A stretch of DNA of 64,000 bases from Halobacteriales archaeon QS_8_69_73 (GTDB taxonomy: Archaea; Halobacteriota; Halobacteria; Halobacteriales; Haloarculaceae): contig PXRZ01000001.1 of the NCBI GenBank assembly GCA_003022945.1, positions 913-64,912 of the forward strand. Reading direction: 5' to 3'. The translations under genes and the position numbers were made by a program. Positions 19,909 through 30,255 of the stretch are shown piece after piece. Below the pieces are notes generated by a model. The model was given only the letters and a program-made list of their open reading frames with translations. It did not search any database and was not told the DNA's origin. Every line of letters begins with the position of its first letter. The stretch's first letter is position 1.

Positions 19909-21389
19909 TGAAGCTCGACCCCCTCTCGATCCCGTACCGGACCGGCGAGTCGGTCCTCCGGCTGGCGTGGCTGCTCGTGTTTCTCTTCCTCGGGAGCCCG
20001 CTGGACGGGCTGACCGGCGCCGGCCTGCTCGTCGTCGGGTGGTTCGTCGTCGCGCTGGCCTACCAGCTGGTCTACTACCAGCGCTTCGAGTACGAGCTGA
20101 CCGATGACTCCCTGGACATCGTCTCCGGCGTCGTCTCACGGCGTAACCGGGAGATCCCGGTCCGGCGGGTCCAGAACGTCGACATCAGCCGCAACGTCGT
20201 CCAACGACTGCTGGGGCTGGCGCAGATCAACCTCGAAACCGCCGGCGGCTCCTCGACGGAGGCGTCGCTGAACTGCGTCAGCGAGGACGAGGCCCGACGG
20301 CTGCAGTCGGCCATCGGCCAGTTGAAGCGCGAGGAGGCCCAGACGGCGGCCGACGACGAGCCCGCGGTCGAGGAGCGCCGGCTCTTCGACATCACGCCGA
20401 AGGAGCTGGCGCTGCTTGGCGTGACGGGTATCGACCTGCGGCTGCTGTCGGTCGTGACGGTCGTCCTGCCGGTGGTGGCGCCGTCGCTGCGGGAGCGGTT
20501 CGCCGACCCGCTGGTCGGGCTGGCGGTGACGGCGCCGCTGGCGGCGGTCGTCATCGTCGCTGTCGCGGCCGTCATCAGCGGCGTCCTCGCGGTGACCAAC
20601 TACTACGGCTTCCGGCTGTCGCGGCGGTCGGAGGAGCTACAGTACGAGCGGGGGCTACTCCAGCGCTTCAGCGGCACCATCCCCCTCGAGAAGGTCCAGA
20701 CGCTCGCCGTCTCGGAGAGTTTCATCGCACGACAGCTAGGGTACGCCTCGCTGGCCGTCGAGACGGCCGGCTACGGCCCCGACGACGCCGGCTCGCAGTC
20801 GGCGGTCCCGCTGGCCGATCGGGACCGGGTGCTCTCGCTTGCGGCGTCCGTCGAGGCGTTCGACGACCCCGACTTCCGGCGCCCGCCGAGACGCGCCCGC
20901 CAGCGGTACGTCGGCCGGTACGGGGCCGTCGCGGCCGTCGCCGTCGGCGCCGTCTTCGCCGCCGACCGGCTCACGACGCTGCCGGTGGCGTGGTACTGGG
21001 CGGGGGTGCTGCTGCCGGTGGCGCCGGTCGCGGCCCACCTCAAGTGGGTCAACCTGGGCTACGACGTCCAGCCGGAGTACGTCGTCCTCCGGGAGGGGTT
21101 CTGGACGCGGACCACGACCGTCGTACCGTACTACCGGGTCCAAACGGTGTTGAACTCCCGGACGGTGTTCCAGCGCCGGCGCCGGCTGGCGACGCTGGTC
21201 GTCGACACCGCCGGCTCCAGCGGGCTCACCGGCGGCCAGCCCCGGGCGCTCGACATCGACGCCGACCGGGCCGCCGAGCTCCGGGAGGCGGTGGCCAACC
21301 GGCTGCAGGAGTCGCTGAATCGCCGCCAGGAGAAGCGCCGCCGCGAACGGCTCCGGTCCATCGAACCGCCGACGGCCGGGACGACCTGA
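19908..21389 (+). CDS. YdbT-like membrane protein with three bPH_2 domains
   Basis: Repeated IPVRRVQNV / IPLEKVQTL / VPYYRVQTV...TAG units. ATG overlaps the previous stop. Confidence 0.87.
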   Translation: MKLDPLSIPYRTGESVLRLAWLLVFLFLGSPLDGLTGAGLLVVGWFVVALAYQLVYYQRFEYELTDDSLDIVSGVVSRRNREIPVRRVQNVDISRNVVQRLLGLAQINLETAGGSSTEASLNCVSEDEARRLQSAIGQLKREEAQTAADDEPAVEERRLFDITPKELALLGVTGIDLRLLSVVTVVLPVVAPSLRERFADPLVGLAVTAPLAAVVIVAVAAVISGVLAVTNYYGFRLSRRSEELQYERGLLQRFSGTIPLEKVQTLAVSESFIARQLGYASLAVETAGYGPDDAGSQSAVPLADRDRVLSLAASVEAFDDPDFRRPPRRARQRYVGRYGAVAAVAVGAVFAADRLTTLPVAWYWAGVLLPVAPVAAHLKWVNLGYDVQPEYVVLREGFWTRTTTVVPYYRVQTVLNSRTVFQRRRRLATLVVDTAGSSGLTGGQPRALDIDADRAAELREAVANRLQESLNRRQEKRRRERLRSIEPPTAGTT

Positions 21390-21538
21390 CCGCCCGGTCG
21401 ACCGGCCGTCCGGCGGCCGAGGACCGAGGGCCGGCCGCTCGGCGGCGGTGTTCAGTTACGCGAGAGCCGGCCGGTTAGCCGGCGTGAGGCGGAACCTCGA
21501 ACGTGGTCGACCGCTCGCGAAGCCATCGTTCGTCATAC

Positions 21539-21609
21539 CGGAAGAGCGAAGCTCTTCCGTAGATCGCGGATCTCCGATCCGCTCACTCCCGGAAATCGCT
21601 GATTTTCGG
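21539..21609. repeat. Cluster of three short hairpins (REP-like palindromes)
   Basis: CGGAAGAGC-GAA-GCTCTTCCG; GCGGATC-TCC-GATCCGC; CCGGAAATC-GCT-GATTTTCGG. Confidence 0.7.
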
Positions 21610-21611
21610 AG

Positions 21612-21710
21612 ACAGCGAAGCCGAGCGAACTGGAGGGTGTGTTCGGATATGCCACCGTCACCGCCGAAGCACGCTACTTCCTCCTCACTGAACACTCATC
21701 AGCGTGTGCC
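21612..21710 (-). mobile_element. Possible left-end remnant of an IS1595 (ISH4-like) element
   Basis: Minus strand GGCACACGCTGATGAGTGTTCAGT...CCAGTTCGCTCGGCTTCGCTG resembles haloarchaeal IS1595 left ends as I recall them. No transposase follows. Unverified. Confidence 0.3.
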
Positions 21711-21985
21711 AGTCAGTTCGCGTCCGTCACGAGGAACGTCCGCCCGCCGCGCCGCTCGAGGTAGGCGTCGTCGGCCTCGCGGGCGTACCGCTGGACGCGC
21801 ACGACGGACAGGTCGCTGACGTCGAGGACGCCGTTGTGTCTCGTTTCCGCCGTCCGGCGCGTGTTCGTCGACATACCTATTAATACGTCGTAGGATCATA
21901 AAGGGCCGAGCCTAGTCCGCGGTGAAAGTGAAAGTACGGGACAGGGCGGCGACGCGGCGAAAATGCGTTCGGGGCGGGGGGCGGT

Positions 21986-22390
21986 TCGGTAGACGGCGCC
22001 GACGATGTCCTCGTCGAGGTCGTCGAGCGACGCCAGGTACGCTCGTCGCTCGGCGCGTAGCTCGCGCAGTCGTCGTTCGTGGTCGTCGACGGCGGCGACG
22101 TCGAGCCGCTCGACGTCCAGTCCCGGAACGTCCGCGGGGACGGTCAGCCCGGTCGTCTCGTCGTCAGTCCAGGTGACGGTCCTCCGGGCCAGCTCCCGGA
22201 GGATGGTGACCGGAGGTCTCGACGCCGACGTCCTCCGTTCCGACGCGGCCGGTGTTGAAGACGTACGGGTCGACGTCGAGCCGCTCGACCAGCTCGCGGA
22301 AGCGGTTGCCCTCGGCGCCCTCGGAGCCGACGATGAACGGGTTGGTGCCGACGACCCGGACCGACTCGCCGGCCTGGGAGGGCTGGACGG
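21986..22390 (-). pseudogene. pckA: C-terminal remnant of phosphoenolpyruvate carboxykinase (ATP)
   Basis: PSQAGESVRVVGTNPFIVGSEGAEGNRF...VFNTGRVG, a +1 frameshift near 22212, then VTILRELAR...VPGLD...DLDEDIVGAVY. The 5' part is absent. Confidence 0.72.
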
Positions 22391-22399
22391 CGCCGCCGG

Positions 22400-24571
22400 T
22401 CAGTCGGTGCCGGCGGCGTCGCCGGAGTCGTCGCCGCGCTCGGCGTCGCCCGGGCTGGACCCGCCGTCGGCGGCGGCCGTCGCGTCGAGACACTTCGCCG
22501 CCGCCTGCAGGGCCGCCCGCGCGGTCCCGCGGTCGGCGCCGTCGGGTGCGAAAGCCGCCCGCTCGTAAGCATCCGTCAACCGCTCCAGCGCCGCCGCGTG
22601 GCCGTCGGACAGCTCGTCGGCGATGGTTCGGTAGAACTCCCAGTGGGTGTCCGTCTGCGCCGCTGGGTTGACGGCGTCGCCGAGCTCCTCGCGGACGACG
22701 CCGTACCCCAGCTCGACGGCCGTAGAGGGATCGCCCGCCTCGAGTCTGGCCCGGGCCGCATCGAAGGCCCCCGACGCGGCCTCCGGGGTCGGGGTCGCTC
22801 TTCCGTCGTCTTCGGGGTCGGCGGCCCTGACGAACGCCGGCGTCAGTTCATCGTTGCCGGGCCGGAGTTCGGGCTCGCCGCCGCGCCGCCGGGTGTACAG
22901 CAACGGTGCGGCGGCGAGCACGACGGCGGCGACGGTCGCGCCGCCGGCGAGGGCCGCCAGCTGTCGCGGGGTCAGGTCGTCGGTGGCCTCGACCCGCGAG
23001 CCGAGCCGTTCGAGCCGCGCGAGGGGGCCGCCGACGCCGGCGTCGGTGCCGTTCGTCCGCTCCAGTTCGTCGGCCCGAAGCCGCTCGACGGTCGCCGTCG
23101 ACGCCAGGTTCGTCCCGCTGCCGTTGAACTCCGCCGTCACCGACCAGACGCCGGCCGGCCCGATCGTCCGCGGAAAGCTGGTCTCGTATCGGCCCTCGGC
23201 GTCCGGCTCGGCGCCGTTCCGGGCCTCGGCGTCGACGCTGACGCCGACGACGCCCGTCCGGACCGGCCGCCCGTTGGCCGTCAGCCGGCCGCTGACGACG
23301 AGTTCGTCGCCGTCGAGCAGCCCCTCGACGGTGAGGTTGGGCTCCGTTTCGACGACGGTGACCGACCGCGACTCGACGGTCGGCTCAATCGCCGTGCCGG
23401 CCGCGCCGACCCGGACGGCGAGTTCTCGTTCGCCGTCCGGCACCGTCGCCGGCACCGGCCCCTCGAGCTCGATTCCGCCATCGGGGCCGGTCCGGCCCGA
23501 AGCGATCCGCTCCTCGCCGAGCCGGACGACGACCGGCGCGTCGGGGACGGGCCGTCCCGCGACCGTCGCGGTCGCCCCGGCGGCCACCGGGTCGCCGAAC
23601 GCGACCGACGACGCGTCGGTTTCGACCGACAGCGACGGCCGGGTCGACTCGATGGTCACCTCGGCCGTCGCGGTCGTCCCGAGGTACGTATCGCCCCCCG
23701 TCGGCTCGTAAACCACCTCGACGGTCGTCGGCCCGGTGGTCGCCGTCACCGGTCGGTACGTCGCCTCGAAGCGGCCGTCGCCGTCGGTGATGGCCGTCGC
23801 CGCGGTCCGGTTGCCGGCCCGGAGCGCGACCTCGCGGCCGAGCAGCGCCGACCCGTTCGCGTCGGTCAGCCGCCCGGTGACGGTCGCCGGCTCGTCGAAC
23901 GACGCCGTCTCGGCGTCGACGGCGACCGACAGCTCCGTCGGCTCGAACTCGGCCTGCCGGACCTCCCGCGTCGTCTCGAGAACCGTTCCGACCGTCCGGT
24001 TCGTCGCCGCCCGTGCCTCGCCGTAGTCGCGTCCGGTCCGCGACTCCAGCGCCAGGAACGCCGCGTCGAGCCGCTCGCCGAGCCGCTCGATCCGCTCGGC
24101 CCGGAGGGACAGCTCGCGGGCCAGTTCGCGGGCTCGCTCCTCGTCGCCGGCCTCGCGGGCCTCCCGATACTCCTCGTAGGTCTCCCGGAACGCCTCGGTC
24201 TCGTTCGCCAGCGCCGACTGGTTCTGCCGGGCCTGCTCGAAGGTCTCGGTCGTATCCGTCTCGCCGGTCCGCTCCCGTTCGACGTCGGCGTACCGTTCGA
24301 GGGCCTCGGGATACTCCCCGTCGAGGCGGCTGCAGACGGCCGTCTCCCCGACCGAGAGGTTCTCGGCGCAGTCGACGTGGATCTCGGTCAGCCGGTCGGC
24401 CAGCCGCATCTGGACGGCCAGGAGGTCGCCGTCGTCGTCGAGGTTCTCGGGATTCTGATGGGCCGTCCGGTTGTCGGCCCGGTGCTCGGAGGCGTCGACG
24501 ACGACGGCACCGCCGACGCCCGCGAGGAGACAGAACCCCACCACCCAGAGCAGCACAGACGCCCGTAACAC
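22400..24571 (-). CDS. Large secreted, membrane-anchored protein with Ig-like repeats and a C-terminal DUF4129-like domain
   Basis: Signal peptide, coiled-coil region, repeated VTGRLT...G.P beta units, one TM, then THWEFY...LERLTDAYERAAF. Confidence 0.8.
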   Translation of the reverse strand: MLRASVLLWVVGFCLLAGVGGAVVVDASEHRADNRTAHQNPENLDDDGDLLAVQMRLADRLTEIHVDCAENLSVGETAVCSRLDGEYPEALERYADVERERTGETDTTETFEQARQNQSALANETEAFRETYEEYREAREAGDEERARELARELSLRAERIERLGERLDAAFLALESRTGRDYGEARAATNRTVGTVLETTREVRQAEFEPTELSVAVDAETASFDEPATVTGRLTDANGSALLGREVALRAGNRTAATAITDGDGRFEATYRPVTATTGPTTVEVVYEPTGGDTYLGTTATAEVTIESTRPSLSVETDASSVAFGDPVAAGATATVAGRPVPDAPVVVRLGEERIASGRTGPDGGIELEGPVPATVPDGERELAVRVGAAGTAIEPTVESRSVTVVETEPNLTVEGLLDGDELVVSGRLTANGRPVRTGVVGVSVDAEARNGAEPDAEGRYETSFPRTIGPAGVWSVTAEFNGSGTNLASTATVERLRADELERTNGTDAGVGGPLARLERLGSRVEATDDLTPRQLAALAGGATVAAVVLAAAPLLYTRRRGGEPELRPGNDELTPAFVRAADPEDDGRATPTPEAASGAFDAARARLEAGDPSTAVELGYGVVREELGDAVNPAAQTDTHWEFYRTIADELSDGHAAALERLTDAYERAAFAPDGADRGTARAALQAAAKCLDATAAADGGSSPGDAERGDDSGDAAGTD

Positions 24572-24712
24572 CGTGTCGTACCACTCTTCTCGCCCTGTAT
24601 AAAAGCTTTTTATGGCCCTCGCGGCGGGCCGGTCGGCGGAACCCTCACCGCGAGCGGGTCACATCGCCCCGGCGACCGACGCGTTGAACTGTCGCCTCCG
24701 GCATGTACGGGT

Positions 24713-26037
24713 ATGCGACCGACGCGGACCGCCCGGGCGGTCGGCTGGCTGACGCTGTCGACCGCGGCCGCCGCCGCGGTTTTCGGCCGTCCGGAGCTGC
24801 TGGTCGGGACGGCGGCGCTCGGCGCGTGGCTCGTCGGCTCCGCGTACCGCGGGTCATCGTCGACGACGACGTCGAGGTGACGCTCCGTGGGTCGGCCGTC
24901 GAGACGGACGCGACCGTCACCGTCCGGCTTCGGCTCCCGCCGACGCTCGTGACCGACGCACCCGACGAGCGGACCACCATCAGTCTGCTCGGGGACGTCC
25001 CGACGGAGACGACCGTCGCGGTCTCGGCGCCCGTCGCCGGCGACGTGACGGTTCCGCAGCCGCAGGTCACCGTCGCCGACGGGCTGTTCGAGGAGACGTT
25101 CGCCCGCGGCCCGAGCCGATCGCTGACCGTCGTGCCGCGGCGCCCGGACGACCTGAACGTCGGCAGCGCGGACTCCTCGACGCTGGAGGGCAGCTACAGC
25201 AGCGAACGGCGGACCCGCGGCACCGAGCCGGCCGAGGTGCGGCGGTACGTCCCCGGCGAGACCGCCGACAACATCGACTGGAACGCCACCGCCCGGTTGC
25301 CGGACATCTACGTCCGGGAGTTCGAGGTCGAGTCGGCCCTGGAGACGGCGTTCGTCCTCGACGCCCGCGCATCGACCCGGGTCGGCGCCGACGGCGAGCG
25401 AGCCCTCGACTACCTCCGGGAGGTGGCGCTCGGTCTGGTCGGGCTGTCGCGGGCCCGCGAGGACCCCGTCGGGCTGGCGGTCGTCGACGACGACGGCGTC
25501 GCCGGCGTCCGGAGCCCAACGAACCGGCCGACGAGGTACGAACGACTCGAGCGCCGGCTCCGGTCGCTGGAGGCCGACGGCGGGCGGCACCGCCCGCCGG
25601 GCCGCGTCGACGGCGGCGAACCCGTCGCCGCGCGCCTGGCGACGGTCGACGTCCAGGGGCCGTTCCTCGAGACGCTGTCGACCTGCGTCGAGCGCCGTAC
25701 GGCGCTGCCGGCCGATCACTCGCCGCTGCGGGCCGCCGCCGGCGTCGGCAGCGCCGACCGGACCGTGCTCCTCACCGACGACGCGAACCGGCGCGAACTC
25801 AGGGATGCCGTCGAGGCCGCCCGGTACCGCAGCAGCCAGGTCGTCGTCTTCCTCGCGCCGAGGGTCCTGTTCGAGCCGGGCGCCCTCGGCGACCTGTCGG
25901 CCGCCTACGAGCGGTACGTCGCGTTCGAGTCCTTCCGGCGAAGCCTCGACGGCCTCGACGGCGTCAGCGTCTTCGAGGTCAACCCGGGCAACCGGAGCCG
26001 GCGGCTCCGCAGCGAGGCCATCGAGCGGTCGGCCTGA
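24713..26037 (+). CDS. DUF58 (vWA-like MoxR partner) protein, with a deletion/frameshift near 24851
   Basis: VRRYVPGETADNIDWNATAR...VREFE...VLDARAS. The membrane N-terminus MRPTRTARAVGWL... from the ATG at 24713 is in another frame. Confidence 0.83.
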
Positions 26038-26203
26038 TAGTGATCGTTGCGATGATTTTCGGCACGGTGGAAAAAAGGCTGCTTCGAGGTTCACAACCCG
26101 ATTCGTTCGACACTCGGCGGTAACGACTCATAATAATCAGTATGAGCCCGCCGAGCCCCCGGCACCGACACGGCTTTCCGAGCGCTCCCCGAGAACCGAG
26201 CCG

Positions 26204-26686
26204 ATGGCAGCCTCCACGGAGCGCGGACCGCGCCGGCGACTCGGACGGTCGGACACCGGCCTGGCCGTCCTCGGCGTCAGCGCCGTCCTGGGCGGAGTCG
26301 TCGCCCTCGAGGCCGCCGGGACCCGCGGCGCGGCGCTTGGTGCCGGCCTCGCCGTCGCGATGCTCCTCGCCTGGCTCGCGGTCGGCGTGCCCTACGCCTT
26401 CGTCGTCGGTCAAGTCGGCCTCGTCGTCGGTCCGGGCGCCGGGACGACGGCGCTCGCGTTACAGGCGATACTCGTCGGACTACTCCTCGTCGACGTCGGC
26501 GAGCGACACGACCGGCAGGTGCTGGCCGTCACCGCCGGCGCGGCGGCCGGCCTCCTCGGGCTGATCGTCGTCGTCGACGGCCTGCTCGCCGCTGCCGGAG
26601 CCCTGCTCGCCGCCGTCGGGGCCGCGGGCTACCTCCTGCACCGGTACGAACTGGTCGCGCTCGGGCTGGCGGGTGATGCGTCGTGA
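26204..26686 (+). CDS. Polytopic membrane protein
   Basis: Hydrophobic; ends YLLHRYELVALGL; overlaps the next gene. Confidence 0.72.
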   Translation: MAASTERGPRRRLGRSDTGLAVLGVSAVLGGVVALEAAGTRGAALGAGLAVAMLLAWLAVGVPYAFVVGQVGLVVGPGAGTTALALQAILVGLLLVDVGERHDRQVLAVTAGAAAGLLGLIVVVDGLLAAAGALLAAVGAAGYLLHRYELVALGLAGDAS

Positions 26687-27588
26687 GCGCGGACACGGAC
26701 GCAGACGGGGAGTCGCCGACCGACTCCGGGGCGGCCGGAAGGGCCGATCGGTCCGGAGACGGCGGGGAGCCGGACCCGGCGGCGCTCGCGGCCCGCGTCG
26801 AGACGCTGGAAGGCGAACTCGAGCGGCTCCGGGCCGAGCTCGCGGCGGCCCGCCGGACATCGTACCGCCGATCGGCGGCCGGGATGGGACTGCTCGGGGC
26901 GCTCGCGCTGGCCGGCGCGTACCTCTTTCCCGGTGTCCGAACCGTGCTGGTCGCCCTCGGCGGCACCGGCCTGTTCGGCGCGGTGCTCACCTACTACCTG
27001 ACGCCCGACCGGTTCGTCGGCGCGAGCGTCGCGGCCGGCGTCTACGACGCCCTCGCGGGCGATCTCGAGGCCGTCGCGGCCGAGCTCGAGCTGTCCGAGA
27101 CGGCGGTGTACGTCCCCGGCGGCGGCGACCCGTCGATCCGGCTGTACGTCCCCGAGCAGCCGCCGGACGCCGCCGGACTGCCGGACGACGACGCGCTACG
27201 GAACGCGCTGGTGGTCGCACCCGACCACCGCGGGCTGTCGCTGCGGCCGACCGGCGGCGCGCTGTACGCCGAACTCGAGGAGGCGGCCGCGCCACTGCCG
27301 GAGGCGCCGCCAGCGCTGGCGGCCACCGTCGGCGAGGCGCTCGTCGAGCAATTCGAGCTGGTCGAGACCGCCGACCCCGACCTCGACCTCGACGAATCGC
27401 GCGCGACGTTCCGCGTGACCGACAGCGCTTACGGCCCCGTCGACCGCCTCGATCACCCCGTCGGCTCCCTCGTCGCGACTGCCCTCGCGTCCGGGCTCGA
27501 GCGGCCGGTCGAACTCGACGTGACCGCGGCCGACGATTCCGCCGCCTACCTCGTCACCTGCCGGTGGGACCTCGAGACCGACGGCTGA
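26683..27588 (+). CDS. Membrane protein with an N-terminal coiled coil and two TMs
   Basis: LAARVETLEGELERLRAEL, GLFGAVLTYYLTPDRF and DHPVGSL. Confidence 0.8.
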   Translation: MSADTDADGESPTDSGAAGRADRSGDGGEPDPAALAARVETLEGELERLRAELAAARRTSYRRSAAGMGLLGALALAGAYLFPGVRTVLVALGGTGLFGAVLTYYLTPDRFVGASVAAGVYDALAGDLEAVAAELELSETAVYVPGGGDPSIRLYVPEQPPDAAGLPDDDALRNALVVAPDHRGLSLRPTGGALYAELEEAAAPLPEAPPALAATVGEALVEQFELVETADPDLDLDESRATFRVTDSAYGPVDRLDHPVGSLVATALASGLERPVELDVTAADDSAAYLVTCRWDLETDG

Positions 27589-27607
27589 CGCGTCGACCTT
27601 CGCGGGG

Positions 27608-28672
27608 TCAGGCGTCGTCGCTGTCGGAGTAGCCGACGCCGGCGCCGTCGCTCTCGACCTCGACGGAAGGCGACGAGCCGGCGGTCCGGAGAGAGTCGGC
27701 GCCGTTGGCATCCAGGTCCGGGTCCGTGCCGGTCGCCGGCGGCTCGACGCCCGCGACGGCCTCGGCGACGATCGCCGTCGGGTCGATCCCGCGCAACCCG
27801 GCGTCGGTGTCGAGCACGAGCCGGTGGGCGAGCACCGACTCGGCGAGCGTCTTCAGGTCGTCCGGGATGACGTAGCCGCGGCCCCGGACCGCCGCCCGGG
27901 CCTTGGCGGCATCGAGGAAGGTCACCGTCGCGCGCGGCGAGGCACCGTGCTCGACGGCGTCGTGGGCCCGGGTCGCGTCGACGAGATCGATGACGTACTC
28001 CTTGACCCGCGGCGCGACGTGGACGTCGCCGACGACCTCCTTGCAGGCCAGCAGCTCCGCCGGCGTGATGACCGGCTCGACGTCGTCGGCGTTTAGCTCC
28101 GGATTCTCGTCGAAGCGGTCCAACATCATTCGCTCGTCGTCCCGTCCGGGGACGTCGACGACGAGCTTCTGCTGGAAGCGGTCCCGCTGAGCCTCCGGCA
28201 GCGCGAAGACGCCTTCCATCTCGATGGGGTTCTGCGTCGCGATGACCAGAAACGGCGACGGCAGCGTCCGCGTCTCGCCGTCGACCGTCACCTGTTCTTC
28301 CTGCATCGACTCCAGCAGCGCGCTCTGGGTTTTCGGCGTCGCCCGGTTGATCTCGTCGGCGACGACCACGTTCGCGAACACCGGCCCCTCGGTGAACTCG
28401 AAGCTGCCCGTGTCCTGGCGGTAGACCCGCGTGCCCGTGATGTCCGCCGGCAGCAGGTCGGGCGTCATCTGGACCCGGGCGTACTCGAGACCGCTGGCCC
28501 GCGCGAAGAGGCTCGCGGCCGTCGTCTTCGCCACCCCCGGCACCCCCTCCAGTAGCACGTGTCCCCCGCTCAGAGCCGCGACCGTCAGCCCTTCGATCAG
28601 ACGCTCGTTGCCGACGAGCACCTCGGCCGCCTCCTCGCGGAGCGACTCGTACAGTGCAGCGGGGTCACTCAT
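27608..28672 (-). CDS. moxR: MoxR-family AAA+ ATPase
   Basis: LLEGVPGVAKT, QMTPDLLPADITG, ADEINRATPKTQSALLESM, ATQNPIE and LPEAQRDRF. Confidence 0.95.
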   Translation of the reverse strand: MSDPAALYESLREEAAEVLVGNERLIEGLTVAALSGGHVLLEGVPGVAKTTAASLFARASGLEYARVQMTPDLLPADITGTRVYRQDTGSFEFTEGPVFANVVVADEINRATPKTQSALLESMQEEQVTVDGETRTLPSPFLVIATQNPIEMEGVFALPEAQRDRFQQKLVVDVPGRDDERMMLDRFDENPELNADDVEPVITPAELLACKEVVGDVHVAPRVKEYVIDLVDATRAHDAVEHGASPRATVTFLDAAKARAAVRGRGYVIPDDLKTLAESVLAHRLVLDTDAGLRGIDPTAIVAEAVAGVEPPATGTDPDLDANGADSLRTAGSSPSVEVESDGAGVGYSDSDDA

Positions 28673-29705
28673 CCTCGTCCGTTACGTACCTGACATTTTT
28701 AATCCCTTTCATAAGTCGCTCGAGTCGGGACCGTTCCAGCGAGGGGTTCTGCTCGGCGGCGGCGTCGGCCAGCGCCTCCGGGTCGGTCCGGCCCGTCACC
28801 GGCTCGCCGCCCCGCGAGAGGAGCCGCTCCCAGGCGAGCACCGCGAGCAGCGCCCCCGCGAGGAGTCCGCCCTGCAGCGGCGCGGAGCCGCGGACCGTCA
28901 GCAGGGCCGACACCAGCGGCGGGACCCCGGTGCCGTGGGAGCTGTCGAGCAGGACGGTCGTCTCGCGGGCGAAGAGGTTGGCCGCGAACGCCCGGTTCGA
29001 CGGCCGCTCGGCCATCGCGTTGATGAACGCGCTGGCGTCGCCGACGACGACGACCCGGCCCTCGCCGACGGCTTCGGTCGTCGCGACCGGACGGGAGTCG
29101 AGCCGCTCGTCGTCGTCCAGTCGGCCGTTGTCGTTCCGGTCGAGATAGCCCAGCTCCGAGCTGGCGACGAGCACCGTCGCGCCGCCGGGCTCGACCGTCG
29201 TCCCGTAGTTGAGCGTTAGCGAGTCGACCCCCTCGGTGAGCGGGTGGGCGGAGACGTTCGTCGCCGTCGGCAGCGCCGGGTCGCGGTAGTTGCTCCGTTC
29301 GTCGCGCAGCAGCGGCCCCGCCGGCCGGGCGTCGGCGCCGACCGCCGCGAGCAGGTCGTCGGCGGTGCCGCCGCGGGCGGCCACGAACAGCGTTCCGCCG
29401 CGGGCGAGGAACCCCTCGATGCGGGCGACGTCGGCCTCGTCGTACGGCTCCTCCGGCGCGAGCACGACCGCGACCGTCCCGTTACCGCGGCCCTCGTAGG
29501 CGGTGGTGTTCGTCGCGACGACCGTCTCGGCGCCGGCCTCGTCGGCCACGTCGCGGAGGTCACTCGTCCCCTCCCAGGAAGGGTTGAACGCCCCGAACGC
29601 CGCGACCGACGTCGCGCCGCCGTAGACCAGCACCGCGAGGACGACGACGAGGAGGCCGACGACCGCCGCCTCCGGTACGCTCACCTCTCGGCCGGCGATC
29701 CGCAC
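28665..29705 (-). CDS. DUF4350-like membrane-anchored protein
   Basis: FGAFNPSWEGTSDLR...GEGRVVVVGDASAFINAM...LLDSSH; terminal TMs. Confidence 0.8.
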   Translation of the reverse strand: MRIAGREVSVPEAAVVGLLVVVLAVLVYGGATSVAAFGAFNPSWEGTSDLRDVADEAGAETVVATNTTAYEGRGNGTVAVVLAPEEPYDEADVARIEGFLARGGTLFVAARGGTADDLLAAVGADARPAGPLLRDERSNYRDPALPTATNVSAHPLTEGVDSLTLNYGTTVEPGGATVLVASSELGYLDRNDNGRLDDDERLDSRPVATTEAVGEGRVVVVGDASAFINAMAERPSNRAFAANLFARETTVLLDSSHGTGVPPLVSALLTVRGSAPLQGGLLAGALLAVLAWERLLSRGGEPVTGRTDPEALADAAAEQNPSLERSRLERLMKGIKNVRYVTDEDE

Positions 29706-29983
29706 TACGGCAGCACCTCCGGCGGGAGAATCTCGAGGATGCGCCGGACGACGACGTAGGCGAACACGATCAGGCCGGCGCCGATGAACCACGGCAGCCG
29801 CCGCCGCCAGCGCGGCGACACCGCGACCGGCGCCGTCAGCTCGACGACCACCAGGAAGCCGATCAGCGAGAGCACGAAGAACAGCTCCATAGTCAGCGAC
29901 TCCAGCGTCGCGAGCACCACGACGGTCGCCAGCATCCACGCCAACTGCGCGTGGACGAACCGTCGGCGACGGCGGGTCTCCAT
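29705..29983 (-). CDS. Small three-TM membrane protein
   Basis: METRRRRRFVHAQLAWML...ELFFVLSLIGFLVVVELTAP...; coupled to the DUF4350 gene. Confidence 0.78.
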   Translation of the reverse strand: METRRRRRFVHAQLAWMLATVVVLATLESLTMELFFVLSLIGFLVVVELTAPVAVSPRWRRRLPWFIGAGLIVFAYVVVRRILEILPPEVLP

Positions 29984-30085
29984 CGTTCGCTCCTCCACGC
30001 TCCGGGGTTACCAAGCTGTCGGCCGTCCGACGGGGGTACTATTTACTTAAGACTGAATATGTGCGAACGGAGTAGACAAGATTTT

Positions 30086-30184
30086 GGAAGCCCCTGCGCT
30101 CTCGACGGCTGCGACTCGCTGCGGTCCTCGGACTGCGTCCTGCGGTCCTTGCGTCGTCTCGCTCGCCGAGAGCGCAGCCCCTTC
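30086..30184. repeat. Intergenic palindromic element (haloarchaeal REP-like)
   Basis: CTGCGCTCTCG (30094-30104) pairs with CGAGAGCGCAG (30167-30177). Internal duplicated CTGCGGTCCT and AGCCCCT at both ends. Confidence 0.65.
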
Positions 30185-30255
30185 TCGCTCGGCGACCGTC
30201 GCCGACCCGGAGGCGAGCGAAAGAGATTCCACGACCCGGGTCGCCGGTGTACCCG

